Assembly (NCBI GenBank): GCA_963819655.1
Contig: CAWFXA010000002.1
Span: 1,632,001-1,696,000, forward strand
Direction: 5' to 3'
Source of the DNA: an uncultured Chloroflexia bacterium
Lineage (GTDB): Bacteria > Chloroflexota > Limnocylindria > Limnocylindrales > CSP1-4
Length of the DNA stretch: 64,000 nt
The position numbers and the translations under genes are program-made. Below the pieces are notes generated by a model. That model was not told the origin of the DNA. It did not search any database and saw only the letters and a program-made list of their open reading frames with translations. Positions 1 to 11,622 of the stretch are shown piece after piece. Each line of letters opens with the position of its first letter. The first letter of the stretch is position 1.

Positions 1-1152
1 GCCACGCTCCGCGAGACCGAGGCGACCGCCAAGGAGACCGTCGACACGCTCCGCGCCGAGTGGCAGACGACGATGTCCGGCGACCAGCCGACCGTCGGGG
101 ACGAGGAGATCGCCCAGGTCGTTGCGATGTGGACCGGGATCCCGGTCACGCGCATCGCCCAGGAGGAGTCGGAGCGGCTGCTCCACATGGAGGATGCCCT
201 CCACAACCGGGTCATCGGCCAGCAGGAAGCCATCGACATCGTGTCGAAGGCGGTCCGTCGCGCGCGCGCGGGCCTCAAGGACCCGAAGCGCCCGATCGGC
301 TCGTTCATCTTCCTCGGCCCGACCGGCGTCGGGAAGACCGAGCTTGCCAAGGCCCTCGCCGAGTTCATGTTCGGCAGCGAGGACGCGCTCATCAAGATCG
401 ACATGAGCGAGTTCATGGAGCGCCACAACGTCAGCCGACTCGTCGGGGCGCCTCCCGGCTACGTCGGTTTCGACGAGGGTGGCCAGTTGACCGAGGCCGT
501 CCGCCGCAAGAGCTACGCGGTCGTGCTGCTCGACGAGGTCGAGAAGGCCCACCCGGAGGTGTTCAACATCCTCCTCCAGATCCTCGAGGACGGACACCTG
601 TCCGACGCGAAGGGTCGCCGGGTCGACTTCCGGAACTGCATCATCATCATGACCTCGAACCTGGGCGCGAAGCAGCTCCAGACCAACTCGAGCCTCGGTT
701 TCCGGGTGCAGGGCACGACCGACGAGGCACGCGCCGAGAGCTCGTACGAGCTGATGAAGGAAAAGGTTGCGACCGAGCTGAAGAACAGCTTCCGGCCGGA
801 GTTCCTCAACCGGATCGACGCGACTGTCGTCTTCCGCTCGCTGACGGTCGAGGAGATGACCCTGATCGTCGATCTGATGCTGGCCCGTGTGCGCGATCAG
901 CTTCGGGCCCAGCAGATGTCGCTCGAGGTCACCGACGCGGCCAAGGAACACATCATCAAGCTCGGGTATGACGTCGCCTACGGCGCGCGACCGCTGCGCC
1001 GCGTCATCCAGAACATGATCGAAGACGTCCTCGCGGAGCACCTGCTCCTCGGCCGCTACGAACCGGGCACGACGATCGTCGTCGACAAGGACCCGGAGGC
1101 CGGCCTGGATATCCACGCCGCCGAGTCCCGGACGCCGGTCGAGGCCCACTGA
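1..1152 (+). CDS. clpC: ATP-dependent Clp protease ATPase subunit ClpC (C-terminal part, truncated by window start)
   Basis: Frame open from base 1. Second AAA+ domain with FLGPTGVGKT, KIDMSEFME, LLDEVEKAHP and GARPLRR, plus an LGF ClpP-docking loop. Confidence 0.92.
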   Translation, partial: ATLRETEATAKETVDTLRAEWQTTMSGDQPTVGDEEIAQVVAMWTGIPVTRIAQEESERLLHMEDALHNRVIGQQEAIDIVSKAVRRARAGLKDPKRPIGSFIFLGPTGVGKTELAKALAEFMFGSEDALIKIDMSEFMERHNVSRLVGAPPGYVGFDEGGQLTEAVRRKSYAVVLLDEVEKAHPEVFNILLQILEDGHLSDAKGRRVDFRNCIIIMTSNLGAKQLQTNSSLGFRVQGTTDEARAESSYELMKEKVATELKNSFRPEFLNRIDATVVFRSLTVEEMTLIVDLMLARVRDQLRAQQMSLEVTDAAKEHIIKLGYDVAYGARPLRRVIQNMIEDVLAEHLLLGRYEPGTTIVVDKDPEAGLDIHAAESRTPVEAH

Positions 1153-1159
1153 CCCTCCC

Positions 1160-2590
1160 GTGGCCAAGGCCACGAGCCGCTACGTCTGTCAGAGCTGCGG
1201 CGAAGCCTTCCTCCGATGGGAGGGCCAATGCCGTGCCTGCGGCGAATGGAACAGCCTCGTCGAGACCGTGGTCAGGGCCAAGGCCTCGAGCGCCGCGTCG
1301 GCGCGCGCCCGCACTGGGGTAGGCGGCGGGGTCGTCGAACCACTTCCGCTGCGCGACATCGGTGAGGCCGCCGTCCCACGGCTGCCGACGTCCATCGGTG
1401 AGCTCGACCGGGTCCTCGGGGGAGGGGTCGTCCCGGGATCGCTGATCCTCCTCGGCGGTGAGCCGGGGATCGGCAAATCCACGCTCCTGCTCCAGGCGGC
1501 GGCCGGGATCGGCGGTCCGGTCCTGTACGCCACAGGTGAGGAGTCGGCCGCCCAGGTCCGCCTCCGTGCCGAGCGTCTCGGTCTGCTCGACTCTCCGGCC
1601 GGTGCCGCCATCGAGGTTCTCGCCGAGCGCGATGTCGCGCGGATCGTCGAGGTGGCACGGTCGGCGCGCCCGGTGATGCTCATCGTCGACTCGGTCCAGA
1701 CCGCGATGATCGACGAGCTGGACGGCGCAGCCGGGAGTGTCGGCCAGGTCCGGGAGTCGACGCTTCGGTTCATGGAGTTCGCCAAGGGCGAAGGGATCGC
1801 GGTCGTGCTCGTCGGCCATGTCACGAAGGACGGGTCGATCGCCGGGCCGAAGACAATGGAGCACCTCGTCGACGCGGTGGTGACGCTCGAGGGCGAACGC
1901 TTCGCGGCGTTGCGACTCGTTCGGTCGACGAAGAACCGGTTCGGCTCGACCGACGAGGTCGGCGTGTTCGAGATGGCCGGCGACGGGCTTCGCGAGGTGG
2001 CGGACCCGGCCCGGGCCTTCCTGGCGGACCATCCGGAGGCGGCGCCGGGCAGCGTGGTCGCCCCGACGATGGAAGGCAGCCGCCCGTTGCTCGTCGAGGT
2101 GCAGGCCCTGGTCTCACCGGCCGGCTACGGCACGCCGGCGCGCAAGGCGAGCGGTATCGACCCCAATCGACTCGGCCTCCTCGTCGCGGTGCTCGGCCGG
2201 CGGGCCGGGATCGGGCTGGGATCGCACGACGTGTATGCGAACCTCGCCGGTGGTCTCAGCGTCGCCGAGCCGGGCCTCGACCTGCCCGTCGCGCTTGCCC
2301 TTGCCTCGTCGATGCGCGACCGACCCATGGCTTCGGATGCCGTCGCGATCGGCGAGGTCGGATTGCTCGGTGAGCTGCGCCCGGTCGCCGGCGTCGAGCG
2401 CCGGCTGAGGGAAGCCGCGCGCCTCGGTTTTGCGACTGCGATCGTCCCGCGACCGGGCCGAGGCGGGCACCCGATCGAGGTCTCCGGGCTCCGCGTGATC
2501 GAGGTCGCGACCCTGCGCGAGGCCATCGCCGCGGGGCTGGGAGAGGGGCCGCGCACTCGTGGCGAGGCCGTTCCGGCGATGCTAGGCTGA
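1160..2590 (+). CDS. radA: DNA repair protein RadA/Sms
   Basis: N-terminal CxxC..CxxC zinc finger, Walker A GEPGIGKST, KNRFG motif, Lon-like C-terminal domain. Confidence 0.96.
   Translation: MAKATSRYVCQSCGEAFLRWEGQCRACGEWNSLVETVVRAKASSAASARARTGVGGGVVEPLPLRDIGEAAVPRLPTSIGELDRVLGGGVVPGSLILLGGEPGIGKSTLLLQAAAGIGGPVLYATGEESAAQVRLRAERLGLLDSPAGAAIEVLAERDVARIVEVARSARPVMLIVDSVQTAMIDELDGAAGSVGQVRESTLRFMEFAKGEGIAVVLVGHVTKDGSIAGPKTMEHLVDAVVTLEGERFAALRLVRSTKNRFGSTDEVGVFEMAGDGLREVADPARAFLADHPEAAPGSVVAPTMEGSRPLLVEVQALVSPAGYGTPARKASGIDPNRLGLLVAVLGRRAGIGLGSHDVYANLAGGLSVAEPGLDLPVALALASSMRDRPMASDAVAIGEVGLLGELRPVAGVERRLREAARLGFATAIVPRPGRGGHPIEVSGLRVIEVATLREAIAAGLGEGPRTRGEAVPAMLG
2580..2588 (+). promoter_or_regulatory. 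possible extended -10 promoter for the PIN/TRAM gene
   Basis: TGcTAGGCT overlapping the end of radA. Motif match only. Confidence 0.3.
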
Positions 2591-2612
2591 CGCCCCGTCC
2601 AAGCCACTCCGG

Positions 2613-3707
2613 GTGGACGACCGAGAAGATCCACCGAGGGTGCACTGGTTGATCCGCTATATCCGTCTCCTGGGAGCGGCGCTCGGAGGGCTCATCGGGC
2701 TGGTCCTCGCGACTGCCGGCGAGGGCCTTTTCCGGGAGGCCAGCTACGCCGGGTTCCTGCTTGCGGCGTGGGTCGTCGCGTGGGTCGTCGTGGGCTTCGC
2801 GATCCTGCCCTACCTGACGCTCGTTCCAGCGACCTGGCTCATCTCGCGTGTGGAGGATCTGTCGACCGCCGAGTTCGTGACGGCGGTCATCGGCCTGACG
2901 CTCGGCCTCCTGATGGGGCTGCTGCTGGGCGTGCCGCTCGCCAACCTCCCACCGCCGTGGGGCGACGTGCTCCCGCTCGGGGTCTCCCTGTTCCTGGGTC
3001 TCGGCATGCTGGGCCTCACGGTCGCGAAGCGGCGCGACCTGATCATGGCCGCGCAGGCAGTCGGGTTCCTTCGATCGGGTGACGATGTCCGGAACGAGAA
3101 CCTCGCGGGCGAGCCGCGCATCGTCGTCGACACCTCGGCGATCATCGACGGCCGGATCGCCGAGATCGTCGAGAGCGGCTTCATCTACGGCACGCTCGTG
3201 ATCCCACGGTTCGTGCTCGACGAGCTCCAGCACATCGCGGACAGCTCCGACACGCTGCGTCGGAACCGCGGACGCCGCGGGCTCGAGATCCTCAACAGGA
3301 TGCAGAAGGAGCCGGGAACGCCGGTCGAGATCGTGGAGGACGCCGTCCCGTCCGAGACCGAGGTCGATGCAAAGCTCGTCGCCCTGGCGCGGGCGCGCAG
3401 CGGGGTCATCCTCACCAACGACTTCAATCTGAACCGCGTGGCCGAGCTGCAGGGCGTCCGCGTGATGAACATCAACTCGCTGGCGAACGCGGTGAAACCC
3501 GCCGTCCTGCCCGGCGAGGAGCTCCGCGTCCGGGTCATCCAGGAAGGCAAGGAAGCCGGCCAGGGCGTCGGCTTCCTCGATGACGGCACGATGATCGTGG
3601 TCGAGGGCGGCGCGCGACACATCGACAAGGATCTCGACGTCGCGGTCACGCGGGTCCTCCAGACCGTGGCCGGTCGGATGATCTTCGCGCAGCCGCGTCT
3701 GGATTGA
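2613..3707 (+). CDS. membrane-anchored PIN/TRAM domain protein (YacL family)
   Basis: N-terminal hydrophobic helices, PIN motifs VDTSAIIDGRI and TNDFNLN, C-terminal TRAM QGVGFLDDGTMIVVE. Usual position after radA. Alternative GTG start at 2640. Confidence 0.9.
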   Translation: MDDREDPPRVHWLIRYIRLLGAALGGLIGLVLATAGEGLFREASYAGFLLAAWVVAWVVVGFAILPYLTLVPATWLISRVEDLSTAEFVTAVIGLTLGLLMGLLLGVPLANLPPPWGDVLPLGVSLFLGLGMLGLTVAKRRDLIMAAQAVGFLRSGDDVRNENLAGEPRIVVDTSAIIDGRIAEIVESGFIYGTLVIPRFVLDELQHIADSSDTLRRNRGRRGLEILNRMQKEPGTPVEIVEDAVPSETEVDAKLVALARARSGVILTNDFNLNRVAELQGVRVMNINSLANAVKPAVLPGEELRVRVIQEGKEAGQGVGFLDDGTMIVVEGGARHIDKDLDVAVTRVLQTVAGRMIFAQPRLD

Positions 3708-3710
3708 GCC

Positions 3711-3758
3711 CTCCGAGGGCTGAGGCGACGCTCTCGTGAGTCATCAACCCGAGGACCC
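3711..3758 (+). repeat. family A structured repeat, copy 1 (48 bp), contains the ispDF start codon
   Basis: CTCCGA-GGGCTGA-GGC-GA-CGC-TCTC-GTG-A-GTC-A-TCAACCC-GAGGACCC aligns with seven other copies. Confidence 0.85.
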
Positions 3759-4928
3759 GGCTCCCGCCGACGCGATCATCGTCGCCGCCGGTGCCTCGTC
3801 GCGGATGGGCGGAGCGGACAAGCTCCTCGCGACGATCGGCGACAGGCCGCTGCTCGCGCACGCCGTCGATGCCCTGGCGTCGTCCCCGGCCGTCGGATCG
3901 ATCGTGATCGTCACGACGCCCGACCGGAGGCAGATGCTCGAGGGTGGTGGCTGGGTTCCGGGCGACCGGACCACGTTCGTCGATGGAGGCGACCGGCGCC
4001 AGGATTCGGTCCGCGCCGGTTTTCGGGCTCTTGAGGAAACGGTTCCAGATCCCAACGGGTCGCGGGTCGTGCTCGTCCACGACGGGGCGCGCCCGTTCGT
4101 CCCGGCGACGCTGGTGGCGGAGGTCGTGGCCGCCACGGAACGGCATGGTGCCGCGATCCCGGTCGTGCCCGTCAGCGACACCCTTAAGCGGGTGGTCGAC
4201 GACCGGATCGAAGCCACCGTCGACCGCTCCACGTTGGCCGCCGCACAGACCCCGCAGGGTGTCCGCCGCTCGATCCTTCGCAGCGCGCTGGCCAGCGACG
4301 TCGCCGTCGATGGGACGTGGACCGATGAAGCCGCCCTGCTGGAGGCCTGTAGAATCGTCGTTCATGTCGTCCCCGGCGATCCGGCCAACCTCAAGGTGAC
4401 GGTTCCCGCCGATCTGGAGCGGGCGACCGCGCTGCTGGCCGGGCCGAACCCGATGCGACGGTCCGGGCTCGGCCGCGATGCGCATCCGTTCGGCCCGGGC
4501 GAGCCGTTGCGGCTTGGCGGCACCGAGATCCCGGGCGCACCGCGACTCCATGGTCACTCCGATGGCGACGTCGTCCTGCATGCGCTCGCGGACGCGCTGC
4601 TCGGAGCGGCCGGTCTGGGCGACCTGGGTCGCATGTTCCCGGCGGGTCCGGAGACGCCCCGCGGAGTGGCGAGCCGAGACCTGCTGGCGGCGGTCGTCGA
4701 CCGACTGGCCGAGGCCGGCTGGCGACCGGCGACGGTGGATGTGACGATCGTCGCGGCTCGCCCGCGCCTGGCCGGCCACCTCGATTCGATGCGCGGCGCG
4801 GTCGCCGACCTCCTCGATATCGACGAGGGAGCCGTCGGCATGAAGGCGTCGACAGGCAACCTCGACGGCCCGGAAGGCGCGGGCCGGTCGATCTCGACCC
4901 TGGCGCTGGCCACCATCGAGAAGACGCC

Positions 4929-4932
<4 letters not shown>
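3736..4932 (+). CDS. ispDF: bifunctional IspD/IspF (MEP cytidylyltransferase / MEcPP synthase)
   Basis: IspD motifs AAGASSRMGG, VLVHDGARP, QTPQ and NLKVT, fused to IspF motifs DAH and GHSDGDVVLHALADALLGA. Confidence 0.92.
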
Positions 4933-6339
<1,407 letters not shown>

Positions 6340-6347
<8 letters not shown>

Positions 6348-8217
6348 CCGGCCCCCGGACGACCGCCGCCGGGGTGGGGGACCCGGTCACGGGCCCCGCC
6401 GCGACGGGCCACCACCCGGTCGCGGCCCCCGCCGCGACGGGCCACGACCCGGTGGTCCGCGGCGCGACGGTCCCAGGCCTGACGGACACCGACCCGGTAG
6501 TCCGCGGCGCGACGGTCCCGGTGAGGTCGGGCCGCGTCGAGGTCCACCGTGGCAGGGTGGCGGGCCGCCCACCGGTCCGCGCCGCTCGTGGCAGCCGGGT
6601 CCTCCCGGCGACCGCCCTCGCCCTGGTCCACGACCCGGTCCCCGTCCAGGGGGCAGCCCGAAACCGCGACCATGGGAGGACCGTTCACCCGAGCGCCGGC
6701 CATACGACCATGGGCCTGACCAGCGTTCCGACCGCGACGATGTCGACCATCGGCCGCCGCGGCCATCCGGTCCGCGGCACTACGCTGGCCCACCTGGTCG
6801 GGAGGCGCGCCCGATGGATCGCGGACCACGACGGTCGAGTGGGCCCTCCGGAGGTCCACGAGGATCCGGAGATCGGCGGCCGCCGTATGACCGGGACCGG
6901 GATCGAGATCGTGGCTGGGATCGCGACCGACGCCCGAGCGGACCGCCGTACGGTCGGCCCGGGACGTTCCGGCCGCCGCCGGCCTATCGCCAGCCGGCCC
7001 TTCCACCGCCGGACGCCCTCGGTCCCGAGGAGGAGCTCGTCGCCGGACGGCGACCGGTCGAGGAGGCGTTCGTCGCACGGCGTCCCGCGATCCGGCTGCT
7101 GGTCGTGCCGCAACGTCGCGCCGCACTCGAGAAGCTCGTCCTCCACGCCACGAACCTGCGCATCCCGATCGTCGAGGTCGAGGGCGGCTCGCTCACCGCG
7201 CTGGCGGGCTTCGACGGCCACCAGGGGATCGCACTCGTGGTCGAGCCTCGTCGGTTCGCGAGCCTCGACGACATCCTCGCGCGCGCCGCAGAGCGTGGGG
7301 AACCCCCGTTCGTCCTCGTCCTGGACTCCCTCGAGGATCCGCACAACGTCGGATCGCTCTTGCGCAGCGCGGAGGCCGCAGGCGTCCACGGCATCGTCTT
7401 CCCGACGCATCGCCAGGCGCCGCTCAGTCCGTCAGCCGTCAAGGCGTCCGCGGGCGCGATCGAGCACCTGCTGCTGAGTCCGGCAGACGACCTCCCGGCG
7501 GCCCTGAGCGATCTCCATTCCCGTGGGCTGCGGATCGCAGGTGCAGACGGCGGTGCCCCCCTCAGCGCGCGCCAGACGGACCTGCGCGGACCGCTCGCGA
7601 TCGTCGTCGGAAGCGAGGGTCAGGGCCTCGGGCCAGCCGTCCGTCGCCGGTGCGACGTCTTCATGCGGATCCCGATGAAGGGTGCCGTCGGGTCGCTGAA
7701 TGCCGCGGTCGCTGGATCGATCCTGCTCTTCGAGGCGCTGTCGCAGCGCGAGGACGTCGAGTCCATGCCGCCACCCGAGTCACCGGAGTCGTCGTCGCCG
7801 AGCGAGCCGTCGACAGGGCCTCCCTCGCCCGATCAGGACGCTCGGGCCGCCGAGAGCGCCACACTCGCTCCGAAGCCGCGCAAGCCTCGCGCCAGGATGG
7901 TCGCCGTCGTGGCGACACCCGCCGAGCCGAGTGTGGCTGATCCCACGCCCCCGCCCGCGGCCGACGCAGACCTGTTGCCCGGCGATGCTGCACCCAAGAC
8001 ACGCAGGGCGCCCAAGGCGCCCAAGACGGCAAAGGCGCCCAAGACAGCCAAGGCGGCCAAGCCACCCAAGACGGCCAAGGCGTCCAAGGCACCCGAGACG
8101 TCCAAGGCGCCCACTCCGACCAAGGTAGCCAATGCGCCAAAAACCCCGGCCCGCCGCCGGACGGCGCGCACCGAGCCAGACGTGGACGAAGAGTCGACCG
8201 ACACCCCCGACGCTTGA
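6340..8217 (+). CDS. rlmB: 23S rRNA Gm2251 2'-O-methyltransferase RlmB (TrmH family) with long disordered N- and C-terminal extensions
   Basis: SPOUT motifs LDSLEDPHNVGSLLRSA, VVGSEGQGL and SLNAAVA. GGAGGT Shine-Dalgarno 5 nt before GTG 6340. Follows cysS as usual. Confidence 0.9.
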
Positions 8218-8243
8218 CCCACCCGACCGCTCGGTCCTATCAT
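8214..8243 (+). promoter_or_regulatory. sigma70-type promoter of the tRNA-tuf operon
   Basis: TTGACC-N18-TATCAT about 48 nt upstream of tRNA-Thr. Confidence 0.6.
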
Positions 8244-8290
8244 CTCCCGGCGCCGAATGGGTCTTTCTGCGGTATGGCCCTGCCCGTCGC

Positions 8291-8366
8291 GCCGACGTAG
8301 CTCAATTGGTAGAGCAGCGGTTTTGTAAACCGCAGGTTCCGGGTTCGAGTCCCGTCGTCGGCTCCA
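8291..8366 (+). tRNA. tRNA-Thr(UGU)
   Basis: 76-nt cloverleaf, acceptor GCCGACG/CGTCGGC, anticodon loop TT-TGT-AA, TTCGA loop, encoded CCA. Confidence 0.96.
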
Positions 8367-8433
8367 GAGCACGTCCATCGGTGGTCGGATCCGCCACGGG
8401 GCCGCAGTCCCGATCCGGCACCGCAACGTCAGT

Positions 8434-8518
8434 GGGTAGGTTGAGCAGGTGGTGAGCTCAGCTGGCTGTAGACCAGCCGCCTTCGGCTTTGGGGGTTCGA
8501 TTCCCTCCCTGCCCACCA
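8434..8518 (+). tRNA. tRNA-Tyr(GUA)
   Basis: 85-nt class II cloverleaf, acceptor GGGTAGG/CCTGCCC, loop CT-GTA-GA, long variable arm, ACCA end. Confidence 0.93.
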
Positions 8519-8546
8519 CCATAGAGAAAGACCGCGATCGGCCCGG

Positions 8547-8622
8547 GCCCACATAGCTCAGCTGGCAGAGCACTTCCTTGGTAAGGAAGAGGTCATCGGT
8601 TCAAGTCCGATTGTGGGCTCCA
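8547..8622 (+). tRNA. tRNA-Thr(GGU)
   Basis: 76-nt cloverleaf, anticodon stem CTTCC/GGAAG, loop TT-GGT-AA, CCA end. Confidence 0.96.
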
Positions 8623-8682
8623 CCGCCCGATCCCAACCCCTGCGGCGTCGCCCGCACATGATCTAAGGAGTGAACTGGTCAC

Positions 8683-9879
8683 GTGGCCAAGAAGAAGTTC
8701 GAGCGCACCAAGCCGCACGTCAACGTGGGCACCATCGGCCACATCGACCATGGCAAGACGTCGCTCACCGCAGCGATCACCAAGTACCTCGCCCTGAAGG
8801 GTGAGGCCGAGTACCGCGCGTTCGACACCATCGACAACGCGCCCGAGGAGCGCGCCCGCGGCATCACCATCGCCATCGCCCACGTCGAGTACGAGACCGA
8901 CGCGCGCCACTACGCCCACGTCGACTGCCCGGGCCACGCCGACTACATCAAGAACATGATCACCGGCGCCGCCCAGATGGACGGCGCCATCCTGGTCGTG
9001 GCCGCGACCGATGGGCCGATGCCCCAGACGCGCGAGCACATCCTGCTGGCGCGCCAGGTCGAGGTGCCGTACATCGTGGTCTTCCTCAACAAGGTCGACA
9101 TGGTCGACGACGAGGAGCTGCTCGACCTGGTCGAGCTGGAGGTCCGCGAGCTGTTGTCCAAGTACGAGTTCCCGGGCGACGACATCCCGGTCATCCGCGG
9201 CTCGGCGTTGAAGGCGCTCGAGGCGCCCGACAACCCGGCCGATGACGCGTACAAGCCCATCCAGGAGCTGATGGACGCGGTCGACTCGTACATCCCGACG
9301 CCCGAGCGCGCGGTCGATCGGCCGTTCCTCATGCCGGTCGAGGACGTGTTCGGCATCAAGGGCCGCGGCACGGTCGCCACCGGGCGCATCGAGCGCGGCA
9401 TCGTCAAGGTCGGCGACGAGGTCGAGCTGGTCGGCGTCAAGCCGACCCGCAAGATCGTGGTCACCGGCGTCGAGATGTTCAAGAAGCTGCTCGACGAGGG
9501 CCGCGCCGGCGACAACGTGGGCTGTCTCATCCGGGGCATCGAGCGCGAGGAGATCGAGCGCGGCCAGGTGCTGGCCAAGACGGGCTCCATCAAGCCGCAC
9601 ACCAAGTTCACCGCCCAGGTGTACGTGCTGACCAAGGAGGAGGGCGGCCGCCACACCCCGTTCTACAACGGCTACCGCCCGCAGTTCTACCTGCGCACGA
9701 CCGACGTGACCGGCGCCATCGGGCTGCCCGACGGGGCCGAGATGATCATGCCCGGCGACAACGTCGAGATGAGCGTCGAGCTGATCACCCCGATCGGCCT
9801 CGAGGTCGGCCAGCGCTTCGCTATCCGCGAGGGTGGCCGGACCGTCGGTGCCGGCGCCATCGTCACCATCGCCGAGTAG
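8683..9879 (+). CDS. tuf: elongation factor Tu (copy 1)
   Basis: [16 protein letters not shown] and NKVD motifs. GTG start after AAGGAG. Confidence 0.98.
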   Translation: MAKKKFERTKPHVNVGTIGHIDHGKTSLTAAITKYLALKGEAEYRAFDTIDNAPEERARGITIAIAHVEYETDARHYAHVDCPGHADYIKNMITGAAQMDGAILVVAATDGPMPQTREHILLARQVEVPYIVVFLNKVDMVDDEELLDLVELEVRELLSKYEFPGDDIPVIRGSALKALEAPDNPADDAYKPIQELMDAVDSYIPTPERAVDRPFLMPVEDVFGIKGRGTVATGRIERGIVKVGDEVELVGVKPTRKIVVTGVEMFKKLLDEGRAGDNVGCLIRGIEREEIERGQVLAKTGSIKPHTKFTAQVYVLTKEEGGRHTPFYNGYRPQFYLRTTDVTGAIGLPDGAEMIMPGDNVEMSVELITPIGLEVGQRFAIREGGRTVGAGAIVTIAE

Positions 9880-9886
9880 GGACGAC

Positions 9887-10051
9887 ATGGCCAGGGTCGA
9901 GAACCGTCCGACGATCCAGCTGGCGTGCACCGAGTGCAAGCAGCGGAACTACACGACGCGCAAGAACAAGAGGAACGATCCGAACCGGATCGAGCTCCTG
10001 AAATATTGCCCGCGCGAGCGACGGCATACACTTCACCGCGAGGCGAAGTAG
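9887..10051 (+). CDS. rpmG: 50S ribosomal protein L33
   Basis: 54 aa with [16 protein letters not shown] and [14 protein letters not shown], between tuf and secE. Confidence 0.95.
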   Translation: MARVENRPTIQLACTECKQRNYTTRKNKRNDPNRIELLKYCPRERRHTLHREAK

Positions 10052-10071
10052 GCCGACGGGCGCGCCGCCGC

Positions 10072-10147
10072 AGGGGTGTAGCTCAATTGGCAGAGCACTG
10101 GTCTCCAAAACCAGCGGTTGTAGGTTCGAGTCCTATCGCCCCTGCCA
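10072..10147 (+). tRNA. tRNA-Trp(CCA)
   Basis: 76-nt cloverleaf, loop CT-CCA-AA, GCCA end, usual position before secE. Confidence 0.96.
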
Positions 10148-10194
10148 GAATCCTCCGACCGAGGGCTGGCGGAGCCTGACCTCGGTCGTCGGAG
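10148..10194 (-). repeat. family A structured repeat, copy 2 (47 bp), abuts the tRNA-Trp CCA end
   Basis: Reverse complement reads CTCCGA-CGACCGA-GGT-CA-GGC-TCC-GCC-A-GCC-C-TCGGTCG-GAGGATTC. Confidence 0.8.
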
Positions 10195-10268
10195 ATGGAG
10201 ACGCAGTCACACTGGGCTGCAAGACCCGGACAACGGTCAACGTACGAAAGAGAGAAAGAAAAGACGAC

Positions 10269-10463
10269 GTGAAGCGACTTCGCCGCTATTTCGATGAGGT
10301 CTGGTCAGAGCTGAAGAAAGTCAGCTGGCCGACCCGTGAGCAGGTGCGCAACCTGACCGTGCTGGTCTTCGCGATCAGCATCGTGGTCGGGCTCTATATC
10401 ACCGTGCTCGATCGAGTCTTCCTCGGGCTTCTCAACCTCATCAGCCCCGCGGCGGCGGCGTAG
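10269..10463 (+). CDS. secE: preprotein translocase subunit SecE
   Basis: ELKKVSWPTRE motif followed by one transmembrane helix. Confidence 0.95.
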   Translation: MKRLRRYFDEVWSELKKVSWPTREQVRNLTVLVFAISIVVGLYITVLDRVFLGLLNLISPAAAA

Positions 10464-10469
10464 GAAGCG

Positions 10470-11051
10470 ATGATGACCGACCTCAGCAGCACCACCGAGA
10501 CCAAGGCGACCGAGAAGCGCTGGTACATCATCCACACGTACTCGGGTTACGAGAACAAGGTGAAGACCAATCTCGAGCACCGCATCGAGTCGATGGGCAT
10601 GGAGGACAAGATCTTCCAGGTCCTCGTCCCGATGGAGGACGAGATCGAGATCCGCCAGGGTCAGCGCCACACGGTCCAGAAGAAGGTCTACCCGGGCTAC
10701 GTCCTGGTCGAAATGATCCTCGACCCCGACAGCTGGTTCGTCGTCCGCAACACGCCGGGCGTCACGAGCTTCGTCGGCGGCGCCAACATCCCGGGCGTCC
10801 GCAGCGAACCGATCCCGCTGACGGAGACCGAGGTCAAGCAGATCCTGCGGCACATGGGCGTCGAGACGCCCAAGTACCGCGTCGCGTTCACGAAGGGCCA
10901 GAGCGTCCGGGTCACCGACGGCCCGTTCGCCGAGTTCATCGGGACGGTCGAGGAGATCAACCCGGAGCGCAACAAGGTCAAGGTCCTGGTGAGCATCTTC
11001 GGCCGCGAGACACCGGTCGAGCTGGACTTCCTGCAAGTCGAGAAGCTGTGA
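10470..11051 (+). CDS. nusG: transcription termination/antitermination factor NusG
   Basis: [20 protein letters not shown] and C-terminal [19 protein letters not shown]. Confidence 0.97.
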   Translation: MMTDLSSTTETKATEKRWYIIHTYSGYENKVKTNLEHRIESMGMEDKIFQVLVPMEDEIEIRQGQRHTVQKKVYPGYVLVEMILDPDSWFVVRNTPGVTSFVGGANIPGVRSEPIPLTETEVKQILRHMGVETPKYRVAFTKGQSVRVTDGPFAEFIGTVEEINPERNKVKVLVSIFGRETPVELDFLQVEKL

Positions 11052-11104
11052 GCACCTGCCGGACCGGCCCTGCCGGCGCTCACTAGAAAGGAACCAGCTC
11101 CACC

Positions 11105-11530
11105 GTGGCAAAGAAGATCCGCATCGTCCTGACGCTCCAGTTGCCTGCTGGGGCCGCGACGCCGGCGCCGCCCGTCGGCACGGCCCTCGGCCCGCACGGC
11201 ATCAACATCGTCGAGTTCACCAAGTCCTATAACGAGAAGACGGCCGACAAGCGCGGCCAGATCATCCCGGCACAGATCACGATCTTCGAGGATCGCTCGT
11301 TCTCGTTCATCCTCAAGACACCGCCGGCGGCGGACCTGCTCCGCAAGGCCGCCGGGATCGAGAAGGGCTCCGGCACGACTGGGCGGGAGAGCGTCGGTCG
11401 GGTGACCCGCGATCAGCTCCGCGAGATCGCCACCATCAAGATGTCCGATCTCAACGCCAACGACCTCGAGGCCGCCGCCAAGCAAGTCGAGGGAACGGCC
11501 CGCTCGATGGGGATCGAAGTCTCCAACTAG
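11105..11530 (+). CDS. rplK: 50S ribosomal protein L11
   Basis: [12 protein letters not shown] and GTARSMG motifs. Confidence 0.97.
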   Translation: MAKKIRIVLTLQLPAGAATPAPPVGTALGPHGINIVEFTKSYNEKTADKRGQIIPAQITIFEDRSFSFILKTPPAADLLRKAAGIEKGSGTTGRESVGRVTRDQLREIATIKMSDLNANDLEAAAKQVEGTARSMGIEVSN

Positions 11531-11622
11531 ACATCACGTCCCGCTTGCGGTCGGCACCCCGGGCCGCAGGCTTCCGTTCTTAGGGGAAGGTCGGGTTCGC
11601 CGGCCGCCAGGAGGACAGATCG

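Noticed and set aside
9887-10051. L33 with CxxC..CxxE partial zinc ribbon
   Set aside because: Partial loss of zinc ligands in L33 is common and not informative alone.
11531-11622. L1-binding leader between rplK and rplA
   Set aside because: The position is plausible, but I could not match the L1-site consensus convincingly by eye.
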